Shown here: piece after piece, positions 49,238 to 59,839 of the stretch
Numbering within the stretch: position 1 is the stretch's first letter
Layout of the letters: each line of letters opens with the position of its first letter
Source: Caulobacter sp.
GTDB lineage: Bacteria > Pseudomonadota > Alphaproteobacteria > Caulobacterales > Caulobacteraceae
DNA length: 64,000 nucleotides
Assembly (NCBI GenBank): GCA_030680355.1
Contig: JAUXVF010000020.1
Coordinates: 8,811-72,810 of the forward strand
Reading direction: 5' to 3'
Notes under the pieces: model-generated
Database searches by the model: none
Told to the model about the DNA's origin: nothing
What the model saw: the letters and a program-made list of their open reading frames with translations, nothing else
Made by a program: the position numbers and the translations under genes

Positions 49238-50182
49238 CTACATCGCCATCAGCGTCTGACTGATCCGGAAGCCGGCCGGCAGGATCAACACCCCCATCAG
49301 ACAGGGGAAGATGAACAGGATCAGCGGCACCATCAGCTTGGCCGGCAGGCTCATGGCCTTTTCCTCGGCCCGCATCATCCGCTTCATCCGCATGTCCTCG
49401 GAGAATACCGACAGGGTCTCGCCAAGGCTGGTGCCCATCTCCTCGGACTGCCGCAGCATGGTGGCCAGCGACCGGGCGTCGTCGATGCCCAGCCGCTCGG
49501 CGAAACTGCCCCAGGCGTCGCGGCGCGAGCGGCCGGCGCGCAGTTCCAGGGTCAGGAACCGCAGATGCTCGGCCAGATGCGGGTGGCGCCGGGTCAGCTC
49601 CTCGCCGACGCGGTTGACGGAGGCGTCGAGCGACAGCCCGGCCTCGACCGAGGCGACCAGCAGGTCGAGCAGGTCGGGGAAGCCGTCCATGTATTCGAGC
49701 TCGAGCTTGCGCCGACGGCTCTTGATGACCTGGTCGGGGCCCAGCATGGCGGCGATGGCGAAGGTCCCGGCCAGCAGGATGGCGCCCATGCCGCCGCCGC
49801 CGGTGATCGCCCAGGGCACGGTCAGGACGGTGGCCAGGGTGGCCAGCATCAGGGCCGCGGCCTTGGCGCCCAGATAGACGGCGACGGCCTCGCGGCTGAA
49901 CCAGCCGGCCTGGATCAGCTTGGCCCTGACGGTGGAGATCTGGGCCGGGTCCTGGATGGCCATGCGGTCGCCCAGCCGTTTGACGCCGCTGACCACGCCC
50001 GACAGCGCCGCCCTCGCCCCGCCGGAGCCGGGCGAGACGATGGTGTGTCCGGCCAGCCGGGCCCGCCGGCGGCTGCCGACCCGGGCTTCGCGCGCCCAGA
50101 TCAGCAAGGCGCCGCCGCAGCCCAGCGTGATCAGGCCGACAGCGGCCCAGGTGAGCAGATTTTGCAGTTGAACCGGATCCAT
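49238..50182 (-). CDS. tadC: Tad pilus inner-membrane platform protein TadC (T2SS F family)
   Basis: 314 aa with the T2SSF domain and C-terminal TM helices. It is the last gene of the cpa/tad run. Confidence 0.85.
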   Translation of the reverse strand: MDPVQLQNLLTWAAVGLITLGCGGALLIWAREARVGSRRRARLAGHTIVSPGSGGARAALSGVVSGVKRLGDRMAIQDPAQISTVRAKLIQAGWFSREAVAVYLGAKAAALMLATLATVLTVPWAITGGGGMGAILLAGTFAIAAMLGPDQVIKSRRRKLELEYMDGFPDLLDLLVASVEAGLSLDASVNRVGEELTRRHPHLAEHLRFLTLELRAGRSRRDAWGSFAERLGIDDARSLATMLRQSEEMGTSLGETLSVFSEDMRMKRMMRAEEKAMSLPAKLMVPLILFIFPCLMGVLILPAGFRISQTLMAM

Positions 50183-50186
50183 GGCC

Positions 50187-51148
50187 TCAGATCCTCATAT
50201 CGATCATGCGGCGCATGACCATGTTGCCGATAAACATCCAGCCGCCCAGCAGCATCAGGCCCATCTGGACGGTCTTCTCGTGGATGACGTCGCCGTAGAA
50301 ATGCGGACTGGCGACCTGCAGGATGGCCAGCACGGCGAAGGGCGCCGAGGTCAGGATGATGGCCGAGGCCCGGCCTTCGCCGGAGGCGGCCTTGATCTTC
50401 AGCCGCATCTTGTGGCGTTCGCGGACGGCCTTGGCGTTCATCTTCAACAGGCCGGTCAGGTTGCCGCCCGAGCGTTCCTGCAGGCGGATGGTGGCGGCGA
50501 ACAGGTCGACGTCGGGATGGCGGCAGCGGTCGGCGATGCGGCCGATGGCCTGTTCGAGGGTGGCGCCATAGGCGATCTCGTCGCCGGCCATGCCGAACTC
50601 CGTACCCAGAGGGTCGGGCATTTCGCGTCCGACCAGACCGATGGCGGTCGGCACCGGGTGGCCGGCCTCCAGGCTGCGGACGATGATCTCCAGGGCGTTG
50701 GGCAGCTGCAGCCCGACGGCTTTGGCCCGGGCCCCGGCCTTGAACTTCAGCCACATCAACGGCAGGCCGGCGCCGACCAGCGGCGCGGCGGCCAGGCCGA
50801 ACAGCGGGTTTTTGGTCCACAGGAAGACCAGCAGATAGCTGACCAGGGCCAGACCCGCGGCATAGACCGCCCAGCGCCGCGGCTGGTAGCTGACCCCTGA
50901 CCGGACCACCAGATCCGAGAACCAGCGCACCAGGATGCGGCTGTCGCCGTTCTCGTCGAGGCCGCGCTCCTTGCGCAGCTCGACGACCAGGTCGGCCAGG
51001 GATCCCACGCTCTCGGCCAGGGCCAGACGGCGATTGACCTTGCGCCGGGTTCCCGCCACCCGGACCAGTCCCCAGGCGGCCTGACCGGCGGTGAACACCG
51101 CCGCGAAGAGCAGGATCAGGAAGATGATGCGGGGCGCGGCTTCAGCCA

Positions 51149-51149
<1 letters not shown>
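50187..51149 (-). CDS. tadB: Tad pilus inner-membrane platform protein TadB (T2SS F family)
   Basis: Trimmed to ATG 51149, which overlaps the cpaF stop (TAATG). 320 aa with the T2SSF domain. Confidence 0.85.
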
Positions 51150-52530
<1,381 letters not shown>

Positions 52531-52531
<1 letters not shown>

Positions 52532-53694
52532 CAGGCGACCTTCGCTTCGACTTCGCCGCGCTGGGCGGGGGAGGACAGCAGACGATCGACGAGGTCGCCG
52601 ATGTCCTTGACGATGCGCGACTTGGGCCGCAGTTCGCTGATCGGTCCGCCGAGATTGGCCGAGGCGGCGGCGGCTTCCCAGTCGGAGGTGACGCCGCCGA
52701 CGGCCCGACGCTGCAGGGCCCGCTCGGCTTCGACCATCGACGGCGCCGGGCCGAAGACGCGCTTGGCCAGACGGTTGAGCACGATGCGTGGCGGCGGTCC
52801 GGCGGGCAGTTCAGTCTCGATCTCGGCGGCCAGGGAACGGGCGGCCAGCAGGGCCGGCACGGTCAGCTCGGAGATCACCAGCAGCTCGTCCGATCCCGAC
52901 AACACGTCGAGGCTCCAGGCCCGGCGGTGGCGCGGCATGTCGATGACCACGGCGTCATAGACCTGGCAGGCGACTTCGAGGATGCGCAGCACGGCCTCGG
53001 GCGTGGTGGTGTCAAAGGCGTGGCTGTCGCGGGCGGCGGCCAGCAGGTCGACGCCGCCAGGGGCGCTGGAGACGAAGGCGTCGAGCAGCGAGGCGTCGAT
53101 GCGGTCGGGGGCCTGGGAGGCCCGGACGAGCAGCATGTTGGCCGGTGCGCCCAGATAGGCCGCCGCCGCGCCGTCGGCGAGGTTCAGGTCGATCAGGCAG
53201 ACGCGCCGCGGGCCCGGCAGGCGCGCGGCCAGGGCGCAGGCGATCTCGATGGCGATGGTCGTGGCGCCCGATCCGCCCACGGCGCCCATGACTGACCAGC
53301 ACCGCGACGGCGCGCCCTGGACGGGGGCGATATGGGCGGCCATCAGCGGCGTGGCGGCGCCGGCGAGGTCGGCCTCGGTGAAGGGCGCTTCCAGCACATC
53401 CGATCGCGGCATCCGCATCAGGGCGCGGACCAGGGCCACCGGCAGCTGCGCGCCGGTCAGCAGTGTCGGCGGCGGCGTCGGCGCCCGCCCGAGGTTGGCG
53501 ATGGCGCCGGCCAGAGCTTCGGGCGTGGATCCGGCCGCGTCGATCAGCACCAGTTCGGGCGCTTCGCCGAAGGTCCAGCGACCGCTCAGGGCCTCGGCCT
53601 CGATCGTTTCAATGATCGCGCCCTTCAGGGCCCGGGCGGCCATGTCGACCAGCCCCGGCCCGATGATCAGTACGCGTCGTCCTGCGAAACTCAT
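52531..53694 (-). CDS. cpaE: CpaE/TadZ-like pilus localisation protein (ParA/MinD fold)
   Basis: Trimmed to ATG 53694. N-terminal receiver-like half, P-loop-like VMGAVGGSGATTIA, and gene position between cpaC and cpaF. Confidence 0.8.
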
Positions 53695-53704
53695 GACTCT
53701 ATCC

Positions 53705-55054
53705 TCAGGAAGCGGGGGGCGTGGCGGCCGGTTCGGCGGAGCCGGTCGGCGCCATGGCCCGGTCGATCGCAAGGCCGTTCAGGATCAGGTCGATGGCGTT
53801 GGGCTCGATGGATCCGGCGAAGGGGTCGGGCGCCAGGGCGCGGCTGCCGGCGGCCGTGGTCAGGCGCGGCGTGACCAGGATCAGCAGCTCGGTCTCGGCC
53901 TTCTTCCAGCGCGAGGACCGGAACAGCGAGCCCAGTACCGGCACGTCGCCGATCCACGGCAGCTGGCTGACGGTGTTGGCGTAGTCCTGCTGGAACAGGC
54001 CGGCGATGGCGAAGGTCTCGCCGTTCTTCAGTTCGATGGTCGTCGAGGCGCGACGGATCAGCAGGCTGGGCACTTCGACGTTCGACAGTCGAAGGCTCCG
54101 GCTGGTGTCGAGCTGGCTGACCTCCGGCGCGACCTTGAGCCGGATCAGTCCGCCGTCCTGGACGATCGGCATGAACTTGAGCGTCACGCCGAAGGCCTTG
54201 AACTCGATGGTGATGTCGCCCTGGCCGTTGGGCACCGGGTACGGGAATTCGCCCCCGGCCAGGAAGGTGGCTTCCTCGCCGGAGATGGCGGCCAGGTTCG
54301 GTCGGGCCAGGGTGCGAATGACGCCCTTTTCCTCGAGCGCGCGAAGCGTGGCCTCGATGGCGGTCGGGCCGACATTGGTGGTCAGGCCCAGGGTCCCCTG
54401 GGCGGCGTTGACGCCGATCAGTCCCTTGCCGGAACTGAAGACGATGCCGGAGTTGTTCTGAACGTCGAGATTGACCCCGAAGTCCTTCAGGGCCACGCGG
54501 CTGGCCTCGATGATCCGCACCTCGAGCATGACCTGCTGGGCGGCCTGGACGGTCAGGTCGGACGACACCTGCTGGGGGGCGTAGCGTTCGGCGATGACCC
54601 GGGCCCGGTTGGCGACCGTGGTGTTCGAGACCTCGCCTGACAGCAGCACGCCGCCGGCCATGGGCAGGACGCGAATGGTTTCGCCGGGCAGGGCCGCCGC
54701 CAGATCGGCCTGCAGCGACTCGATGTCCTGGGCGACCCGAACGTCGATGACCTCGATCAGCCGGTGGGCGGGGTCATAGACCAGGATGTTGGTCGTCCCC
54801 AGGGCGACGCCGCGGACATAGATGCTACGGTCGGTGTTGGCGACGATCTGGGCGATGTCGGGCTGGGCGACGACGATCTCGCCGGCGCTGGCGGTCAGGC
54901 GGAAGGCGGCCGACTTGTCCTTGGCGACGGTGATCGACCGGCTGGGGGCGAGGTCGCCGACCAGGGCGCTGGCCACCGCGGTCTGGCTCCAGGCGGGGGA
55001 GGCGACGGGGGCGCAGGCGAGCGCGGCCGCGCAAAGAAGGGCAATGCGGCGCAT
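53705..55054 (-). CDS. cpaC: CpaC/RcpA secretin
   Basis: 449 aa with a signal peptide. BON/secretin N-domain and the C-terminal secretin core ...IPWIGDVPVLGSLFRS...ELLILVTP. Confidence 0.93.
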   Translation of the reverse strand: MRRIALLCAAALACAPVASPAWSQTAVASALVGDLAPSRSITVAKDKSAAFRLTASAGEIVVAQPDIAQIVANTDRSIYVRGVALGTTNILVYDPAHRLIEVIDVRVAQDIESLQADLAAALPGETIRVLPMAGGVLLSGEVSNTTVANRARVIAERYAPQQVSSDLTVQAAQQVMLEVRIIEASRVALKDFGVNLDVQNNSGIVFSSGKGLIGVNAAQGTLGLTTNVGPTAIEATLRALEEKGVIRTLARPNLAAISGEEATFLAGGEFPYPVPNGQGDITIEFKAFGVTLKFMPIVQDGGLIRLKVAPEVSQLDTSRSLRLSNVEVPSLLIRRASTTIELKNGETFAIAGLFQQDYANTVSQLPWIGDVPVLGSLFRSSRWKKAETELLILVTPRLTTAAGSRALAPDPFAGSIEPNAIDLILNGLAIDRAMAPTGSAEPAATPPAS

Positions 55055-55057
55055 GAT

Positions 55058-55978
55058 CTAGCTCCCGATCCGCTCAGAGGGCACGGTGACGACGGTGCTT
55101 TTGTCACCCTGGGTGACGACCAGACCGCGGGAGGCGGGAGCGGTCGAGGTCGCCCGGGCGCGACGGACCGGCGCGGCGGCGCGGCGGCTGGCCGACGGGC
55201 TCGCCCCCTGACCGTTTCGCAGCATCTCCTGCAGGGTCATCGGGCGGACATCGGCGATCTCGGTGGCCCCGCTGCGACGCAGCGACAGCGACAGGGTGCC
55301 GGCCTCGCCCGCGGCGGCCAGCTTGCCAGCGTCCATGACGTCGACCTCGAGTGTGGTGGTCTTGGGCGGGAACTTCTCGGTCGAGGCCGGGTCGGCGATC
55401 AGGTCCATGCCCAGCACCCGGACATTCTGGATGACCAGCGAGGAGATGAAGGTCTTGGCGCCGGACGCGCCTTCAAGCGAGCCGCTGCTGGTGAGTTCCT
55501 GAACCAGGAACACATCGACGCGGTCGCCGGGAAGAACGTGGCCGCCGCCCCCGGCCACGTCGTTGACCTTGATGGTGTAGGCCCGCATGCCCGGCGAGAT
55601 GGTCGCCGCGACCGAGGGCTTGGCGCCGGCGCCGCTGACCTTCGAGGGCAGGATCGGCTCATGGGCGACCAGGGCCGTCAGGGTGACGGGCGCGCCGCCG
55701 TCCAGGCCTACGACCTGGTCGATCCGGCTGTAGGCGCCTTCCGGCACGGAGTCGGCGGGCATCTTGATGACCGTGAGGTTCTTGGCCTCCAGCGGCTGGC
55801 CGAAAGCGACCGCGCCGCTCGCGGCGACCACCGAGGCCAGTGAACTGGTGGACACAGTGGCGGCGGCGGCCTTGCTCGGCCCTTGTTGCGCGTTGGGAAG
55901 CCACACCTTGGCTACAAACAACGCTCCGATGCCCAAAAGAGCGGACGCGCCAAGACTGGCGATGGTGGCGACACGCAT
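55058..55978 (-). CDS. cpaB: CpaB/RcpC Flp pilus assembly protein
   Basis: ATG 55978 gives MRVATIASLGASALLGIGALFVAKVWL (one TM segment), followed by SAF/RcpC-like domains. The track ORF extends to TTG 56029. Confidence 0.85.
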   Translation of the reverse strand: MRVATIASLGASALLGIGALFVAKVWLPNAQQGPSKAAAATVSTSSLASVVAASGAVAFGQPLEAKNLTVIKMPADSVPEGAYSRIDQVVGLDGGAPVTLTALVAHEPILPSKVSGAGAKPSVAATISPGMRAYTIKVNDVAGGGGHVLPGDRVDVFLVQELTSSGSLEGASGAKTFISSLVIQNVRVLGMDLIADPASTEKFPPKTTTLEVDVMDAGKLAAAGEAGTLSLSLRRSGATEIADVRPMTLQEMLRNGQGASPSASRRAAAPVRRARATSTAPASRGLVVTQGDKSTVVTVPSERIGS

Positions 55979-56166
55979 CCTGCGAAACCCCCGTAGTGAG
56001 ACGCCGGTTTTCGACGCTTTCTCAAACAAGGATTTTAGAAATACAGGCCGGGCCTTGAAATATGTTCAATTTATACAATGAATGGCCGTCAACCATCTAA
56101 CGGAAGGTGTCGTTAATCCTAATTCCCGCTAACCAACCCGTCGCCAATTCAACGCTTCGTTCGGGC

Positions 56167-57465
56167 TCAATTCCGCCTGTGGGCCACGGCGCCGGCCAGC
56201 CAGGTCCGGGAAATCACCCGGTCGTCGCCCAGCACCATGAGGGCGAACAGGATCTCGGCGATGTCGGTCACGCCGCGCAGCCGGCGGGCGAGCAAGGGCG
56301 TCGCCGCGGGATCCAGGGCCACGAAGTCGGCCTCGCGACCGGTCTGGAAACTGCCGATGCGGTCGGCCAGGCCCAGCGCCCGCGCCCCGCCGAGCGTGGC
56401 CAGGTAGAAGGCGCGCAGCGGATTGAGCGGGCTGGCCTTCATCTGGGCGACGTCGCAGGCCGCCGCGGCCGTGCGCAGGACCGAGAAACTGACGCCCGCC
56501 CCGACATCGGTGCCCAGGCCGAACGAAACGCCGTGGGCGTCGGCCCGGGCCAGGTCGAACAGGCCGCTGCCGAGAAACAGGTTCGAGGTCGGACAATGGG
56601 CGATCGCCGCCCCGCATCCGGCCATCCTGTGCAGGGCCCGGTCGGTCATGTGAACACAATGGGCGAAGACGGATCGATCCGTGACCAGGCCGAAGCGGTC
56701 ATAGACGTCGAGATAATCGCGGGCGTCGGGGAAGGCCTCGGCGACGAGAGCGACCTCGCGCGGGTTCTCGGCCAGATGGGTCTGCATCCAGACATGGTCA
56801 TGGCGCGCCAGGATCTCGCCGGCCGCGGTCAGCTGCTCTGGCGAGGAGGAGAGGGCGTAGCGGGGCGTCACGGCATAGCCCAGCCGTCCATGGCGGCTCC
56901 AGTCGGCGATCAGGGCCTCGGTCTCGTCCCGACCCTGGTCGACGCTGTCGCGCAGGCCGTCCGGCCCGCGGTCCATCAGCGCCTTGCCGGCGATCAGCCG
57001 CATGTCGCGGGCCAGGGCCGCCTCGAACAGGGCGTCCACGGAGGTTCGGTGCACCGAGCCGAAGACCATGGCCGTCGTCGTGCCGTTGCGCAGCAGTTCA
57101 TCGAGAAAGGCCCGCGCGGCGTCGTCGGCATGGGCCCGGTCGGCGAAGGCGCGCTCGGCGGGAAAGGTGTGACTCTCCAGCCAGTCGAGCAGCTGGCCGC
57201 TGAACGAGGCGATCATGTCCAGCTGTGGGAAATGCACATGGGCGTCGACGAACCCCGGCGTCAGGATCTGACCGGGCAGGTGTTCGACCGGCACGTCGGC
57301 GGCCAGGGTCGGGGACAGGGCGTTCCAGTCGCCGCAGGCCGCCACATGGCCATTCTCGATCAGCAGCAGGCCATCGGGATGATGCACGCAGGCGTCCGGT
57401 CCGGCGCTGCGCGGATCATCAAGACAATGGACCAGGCCGGCCCGGTAGGCGCGCACGTCGGACAT
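56167..57465 (-). CDS. guaD: guanine deaminase
   Basis: 432 aa. Sequence PGFVDAHVHFPQ...HLAEN...GLGTDVGAG, an amidohydrolase pattern of the guanine deaminase type. Confidence 0.88.
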   Translation of the reverse strand: MSDVRAYRAGLVHCLDDPRSAGPDACVHHPDGLLLIENGHVAACGDWNALSPTLAADVPVEHLPGQILTPGFVDAHVHFPQLDMIASFSGQLLDWLESHTFPAERAFADRAHADDAARAFLDELLRNGTTTAMVFGSVHRTSVDALFEAALARDMRLIAGKALMDRGPDGLRDSVDQGRDETEALIADWSRHGRLGYAVTPRYALSSSPEQLTAAGEILARHDHVWMQTHLAENPREVALVAEAFPDARDYLDVYDRFGLVTDRSVFAHCVHMTDRALHRMAGCGAAIAHCPTSNLFLGSGLFDLARADAHGVSFGLGTDVGAGVSFSVLRTAAAACDVAQMKASPLNPLRAFYLATLGGARALGLADRIGSFQTGREADFVALDPAATPLLARRLRGVTDIAEILFALMVLGDDRVISRTWLAGAVAHRRN

Positions 57466-57659
57466 CGCCTCAGCTTGGAGCCTGCGTCGGCGCGGCTGGC
57501 AAGTGAAAGGCGGAGCCGAGGGCCGGGATGCCGTGGATTGTCGCCCGGCCGCCGGGCCGCTGCGGCCTGATCGAAACCGTTTGCGTCACGTGGCGTCGCC
57601 CCGTCTAGGCGAAGGGGCGGCTGTCTGATCAATTGCCGTCCTGAGAGGATAAAGCGCCC

Positions 57660-58862
57660 ATGAATCTCGACCTGACCCCGCAAGAGCTGGCCTTCCGCGA
57701 TGAAGTCCGCGCCTTTCTCGACGACAGCCTGACCCCCGAACTGCGCCGGGCCGGCCAACTGGTGACCAGCGTCTTCATCGAAAAGAAGTTCAGCCTGCCC
57801 TGGCAGCGCATCCTGCACGCCAAGGGCTGGGTCGCCCCCAGCTGGCCGGTGGAATACGGCGGCTGCGGCTGGAACGAGATGCAGCGCTACATCTTCGCCG
57901 CCGAATGCGTCCGCGCCGGCGCCCCGAGCCTGTCGCCGATGGGCCTGCGCATGGTCGGCCCCTGTATCCAGCGCTACGGCACGGCCGAGCAGAAGGCCTT
58001 CTACCTGCCGCGCATCCTGTCGGGGGAAGACTACTGGTGTCAGGGCTATTCCGAACCCGGATCGGGGTCGGACCTGGCCAGCCTGCAGATGCGGGCCGAC
58101 AGCGACGGCGACGACTATGTTCTCAATGGTTCGAAGATCTGGACCACCCACGCCCATCACGCCAACCGCATGTTCTGCCTGGTGCGCACCGACTCCTCGG
58201 GCAAACCGCAGCGCGGCATCACCTTCCTGCTGCTGGAGATGGATACCCCGGGCATCGAGGTGAAGCCGATCATCACCCTGGCCGGCGAGCATGAGGTCAA
58301 CCAGGTGTTCTTCGACAATGTCCGGGTCCCCAAGAGTGGACGGCTGGGCGAGGAGAACGACGGCTGGACGGTGGCCAAATACCTGCTGGAGTTCGAACGC
58401 GGCGGCAGTTCAGCGCCCGGCCTGCGCGGCGGGATCGCCCGGCTCAAGGCCATGGCGGCGGACGAGGTGTCGGATGAGGGCTCGCCCCTGATCGACGATG
58501 CGGACTTCCGCGCCCGCCTCGCCGAAGCCGAGATCCTCGTTGAATCCATCGAGGTGACCGAGCACCGGGTGATGAGCGCCCTGGCCGGGGGCAAGAATCC
58601 GGGCCCGGCGTCGTCGATGCTCAAGACCCAGGCCACCGAATGCACCCAGCGCCTCGACGAACTGGCCATCGAGATCGCCAACCACTACGCCGGCGTCGAT
58701 CAGATGGAGGCCCGCGAACCCGGCTCCAATCAGCCGCCGGTCGGCCCCGACCACAGCCTGGTGGCCATGGCCCGCTATCTGAACAACCGCGCCGCCTCGA
58801 TCTACGGCGGCTCCAACCAGATCCAGCGCGACATCATGGCCCGGCTGGTGCTGGGGCTCTGA
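57660..58862 (+). CDS. acyl-CoA dehydrogenase
   Basis: 400 aa. Sequence WCQGYSEPGSGSDLASL, and a C-terminal IYGGSNQIQRDIM region. Confidence 0.9.
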   Translation: MNLDLTPQELAFRDEVRAFLDDSLTPELRRAGQLVTSVFIEKKFSLPWQRILHAKGWVAPSWPVEYGGCGWNEMQRYIFAAECVRAGAPSLSPMGLRMVGPCIQRYGTAEQKAFYLPRILSGEDYWCQGYSEPGSGSDLASLQMRADSDGDDYVLNGSKIWTTHAHHANRMFCLVRTDSSGKPQRGITFLLLEMDTPGIEVKPIITLAGEHEVNQVFFDNVRVPKSGRLGEENDGWTVAKYLLEFERGGSSAPGLRGGIARLKAMAADEVSDEGSPLIDDADFRARLAEAEILVESIEVTEHRVMSALAGGKNPGPASSMLKTQATECTQRLDELAIEIANHYAGVDQMEAREPGSNQPPVGPDHSLVAMARYLNNRAASIYGGSNQIQRDIMARLVLGL

Positions 58863-58884
58863 AACAGGACGAAGGAGGACGACC

Positions 58885-59283
58885 ATGGCCCATGTCACCG
58901 CCACCAGCAGGCCCGCGGCCTGGGAGACAGGGATCGCCATGGGCCGTCACGCCCTGACCGCCGACGAGGCGCCGGCGCTGGGCGGCCGGGACGCCGGCCC
59001 CGGCCCCTATGACCTGCTGCTGGCCGGGCTGGCCGCCTGCACGTCCATCACCCTGCGCATGTACGCCGCGCGCAAACAGTGGCCGCTGACCGACATCACC
59101 GTCGACCTTGAGCATCGCAAGCCGGACGGCCGGTCGAAGATCGCCCGCACCCTGCATCTGACCGGCGACCTGACCGAGGACCAGCGCGCGCGCCTGGCCG
59201 ATATCGCCGAGCGCACCCCGGTGACCCTGACGCTCAAGGATGGCGCCGACATCGTCACCACCCTGGCGCCGTCCGACGGCTGA
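58885..59283 (+). CDS. OsmC-family protein
   Basis: 132 aa. Sequence PGPYDLLLAGLAACTSITLRMYA is the conserved OsmC Cys region. Confidence 0.85.
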   Translation: MAHVTATSRPAAWETGIAMGRHALTADEAPALGGRDAGPGPYDLLLAGLAACTSITLRMYAARKQWPLTDITVDLEHRKPDGRSKIARTLHLTGDLTEDQRARLADIAERTPVTLTLKDGADIVTTLAPSDG

Positions 59284-59288
59284 GCGGG

Positions 59289-59828
59289 TCAGGTCCCGCC
59301 AGCGACGAACGACCAGATCGGGCCCTTCCACTGGTTGTCGTCACGGTCATCCCTGACGAGGTCGCGGACGCCCGGCGCTTCGGCGATGGCGCGCGGCCAG
59401 AAGGTCAGGGCGCGGGCGTTGCGGGCCAGCACGGCCACCTCCCAGCGACCGGGATACAGGGCCAGCAGCTGGCGCAGGGCCTCGGCCGCCACGCCCCCGC
59501 CACGGTATTTCCGGGCGACGAAGAACTCGCCCATGTTGCGCTCGACGCGCCCGCCCTTGTGCGAGTGGGTGTTGATCAGGGCGAACCCGGCCGGGCGGCC
59601 GTCCACGCGGATCAGCAGCGGCCAGCGATCAGCCTCGTCCCAGTAGGCGGCGAGCGGCGGAAACGGCCGGTAGCGGCCGTCCTCCTCAAAGACGAGGTCA
59701 TGGACGTCGGCCGGCTCCATCTCCGAGAAGTCATAGAGATAGAACTGGAACAGGCCCTCGATCAGGCCCCGCTCCGCCTCGCCGGCCGGCGTCACGCTGA
59801 CCTGTCGGCCCTCGTCTTCGCCAGCCAT
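59289..59828 (-). CDS. GNAT-family acetyltransferase
   Basis: 179 aa from ATG 59828. Sequence FFVARKYRGGGVAAEAL. The rest of the 469-aa track ORF is an out-of-frame read through the next gene. Confidence 0.75.
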   Translation of the reverse strand: MAGEDEGRQVSVTPAGEAERGLIEGLFQFYLYDFSEMEPADVHDLVFEEDGRYRPFPPLAAYWDEADRWPLLIRVDGRPAGFALINTHSHKGGRVERNMGEFFVARKYRGGGVAAEALRQLLALYPGRWEVAVLARNARALTFWPRAIAEAPGVRDLVRDDRDDNQWKGPIWSFVAGGT

Positions 59829-59839
59829 GAAACCCGCTC

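Noticed and set aside
56030-56166. Hidden Flp pilin gene or CtrA boxes in the AT-rich region upstream of cpaB
   Set aside because: 137 nt cannot hold a typical 50-70-aa Flp prepilin plus its signals, and no suitable ORF is present. No perfect TTAA-N7-TTAA was found, only single-mismatch half-sites.
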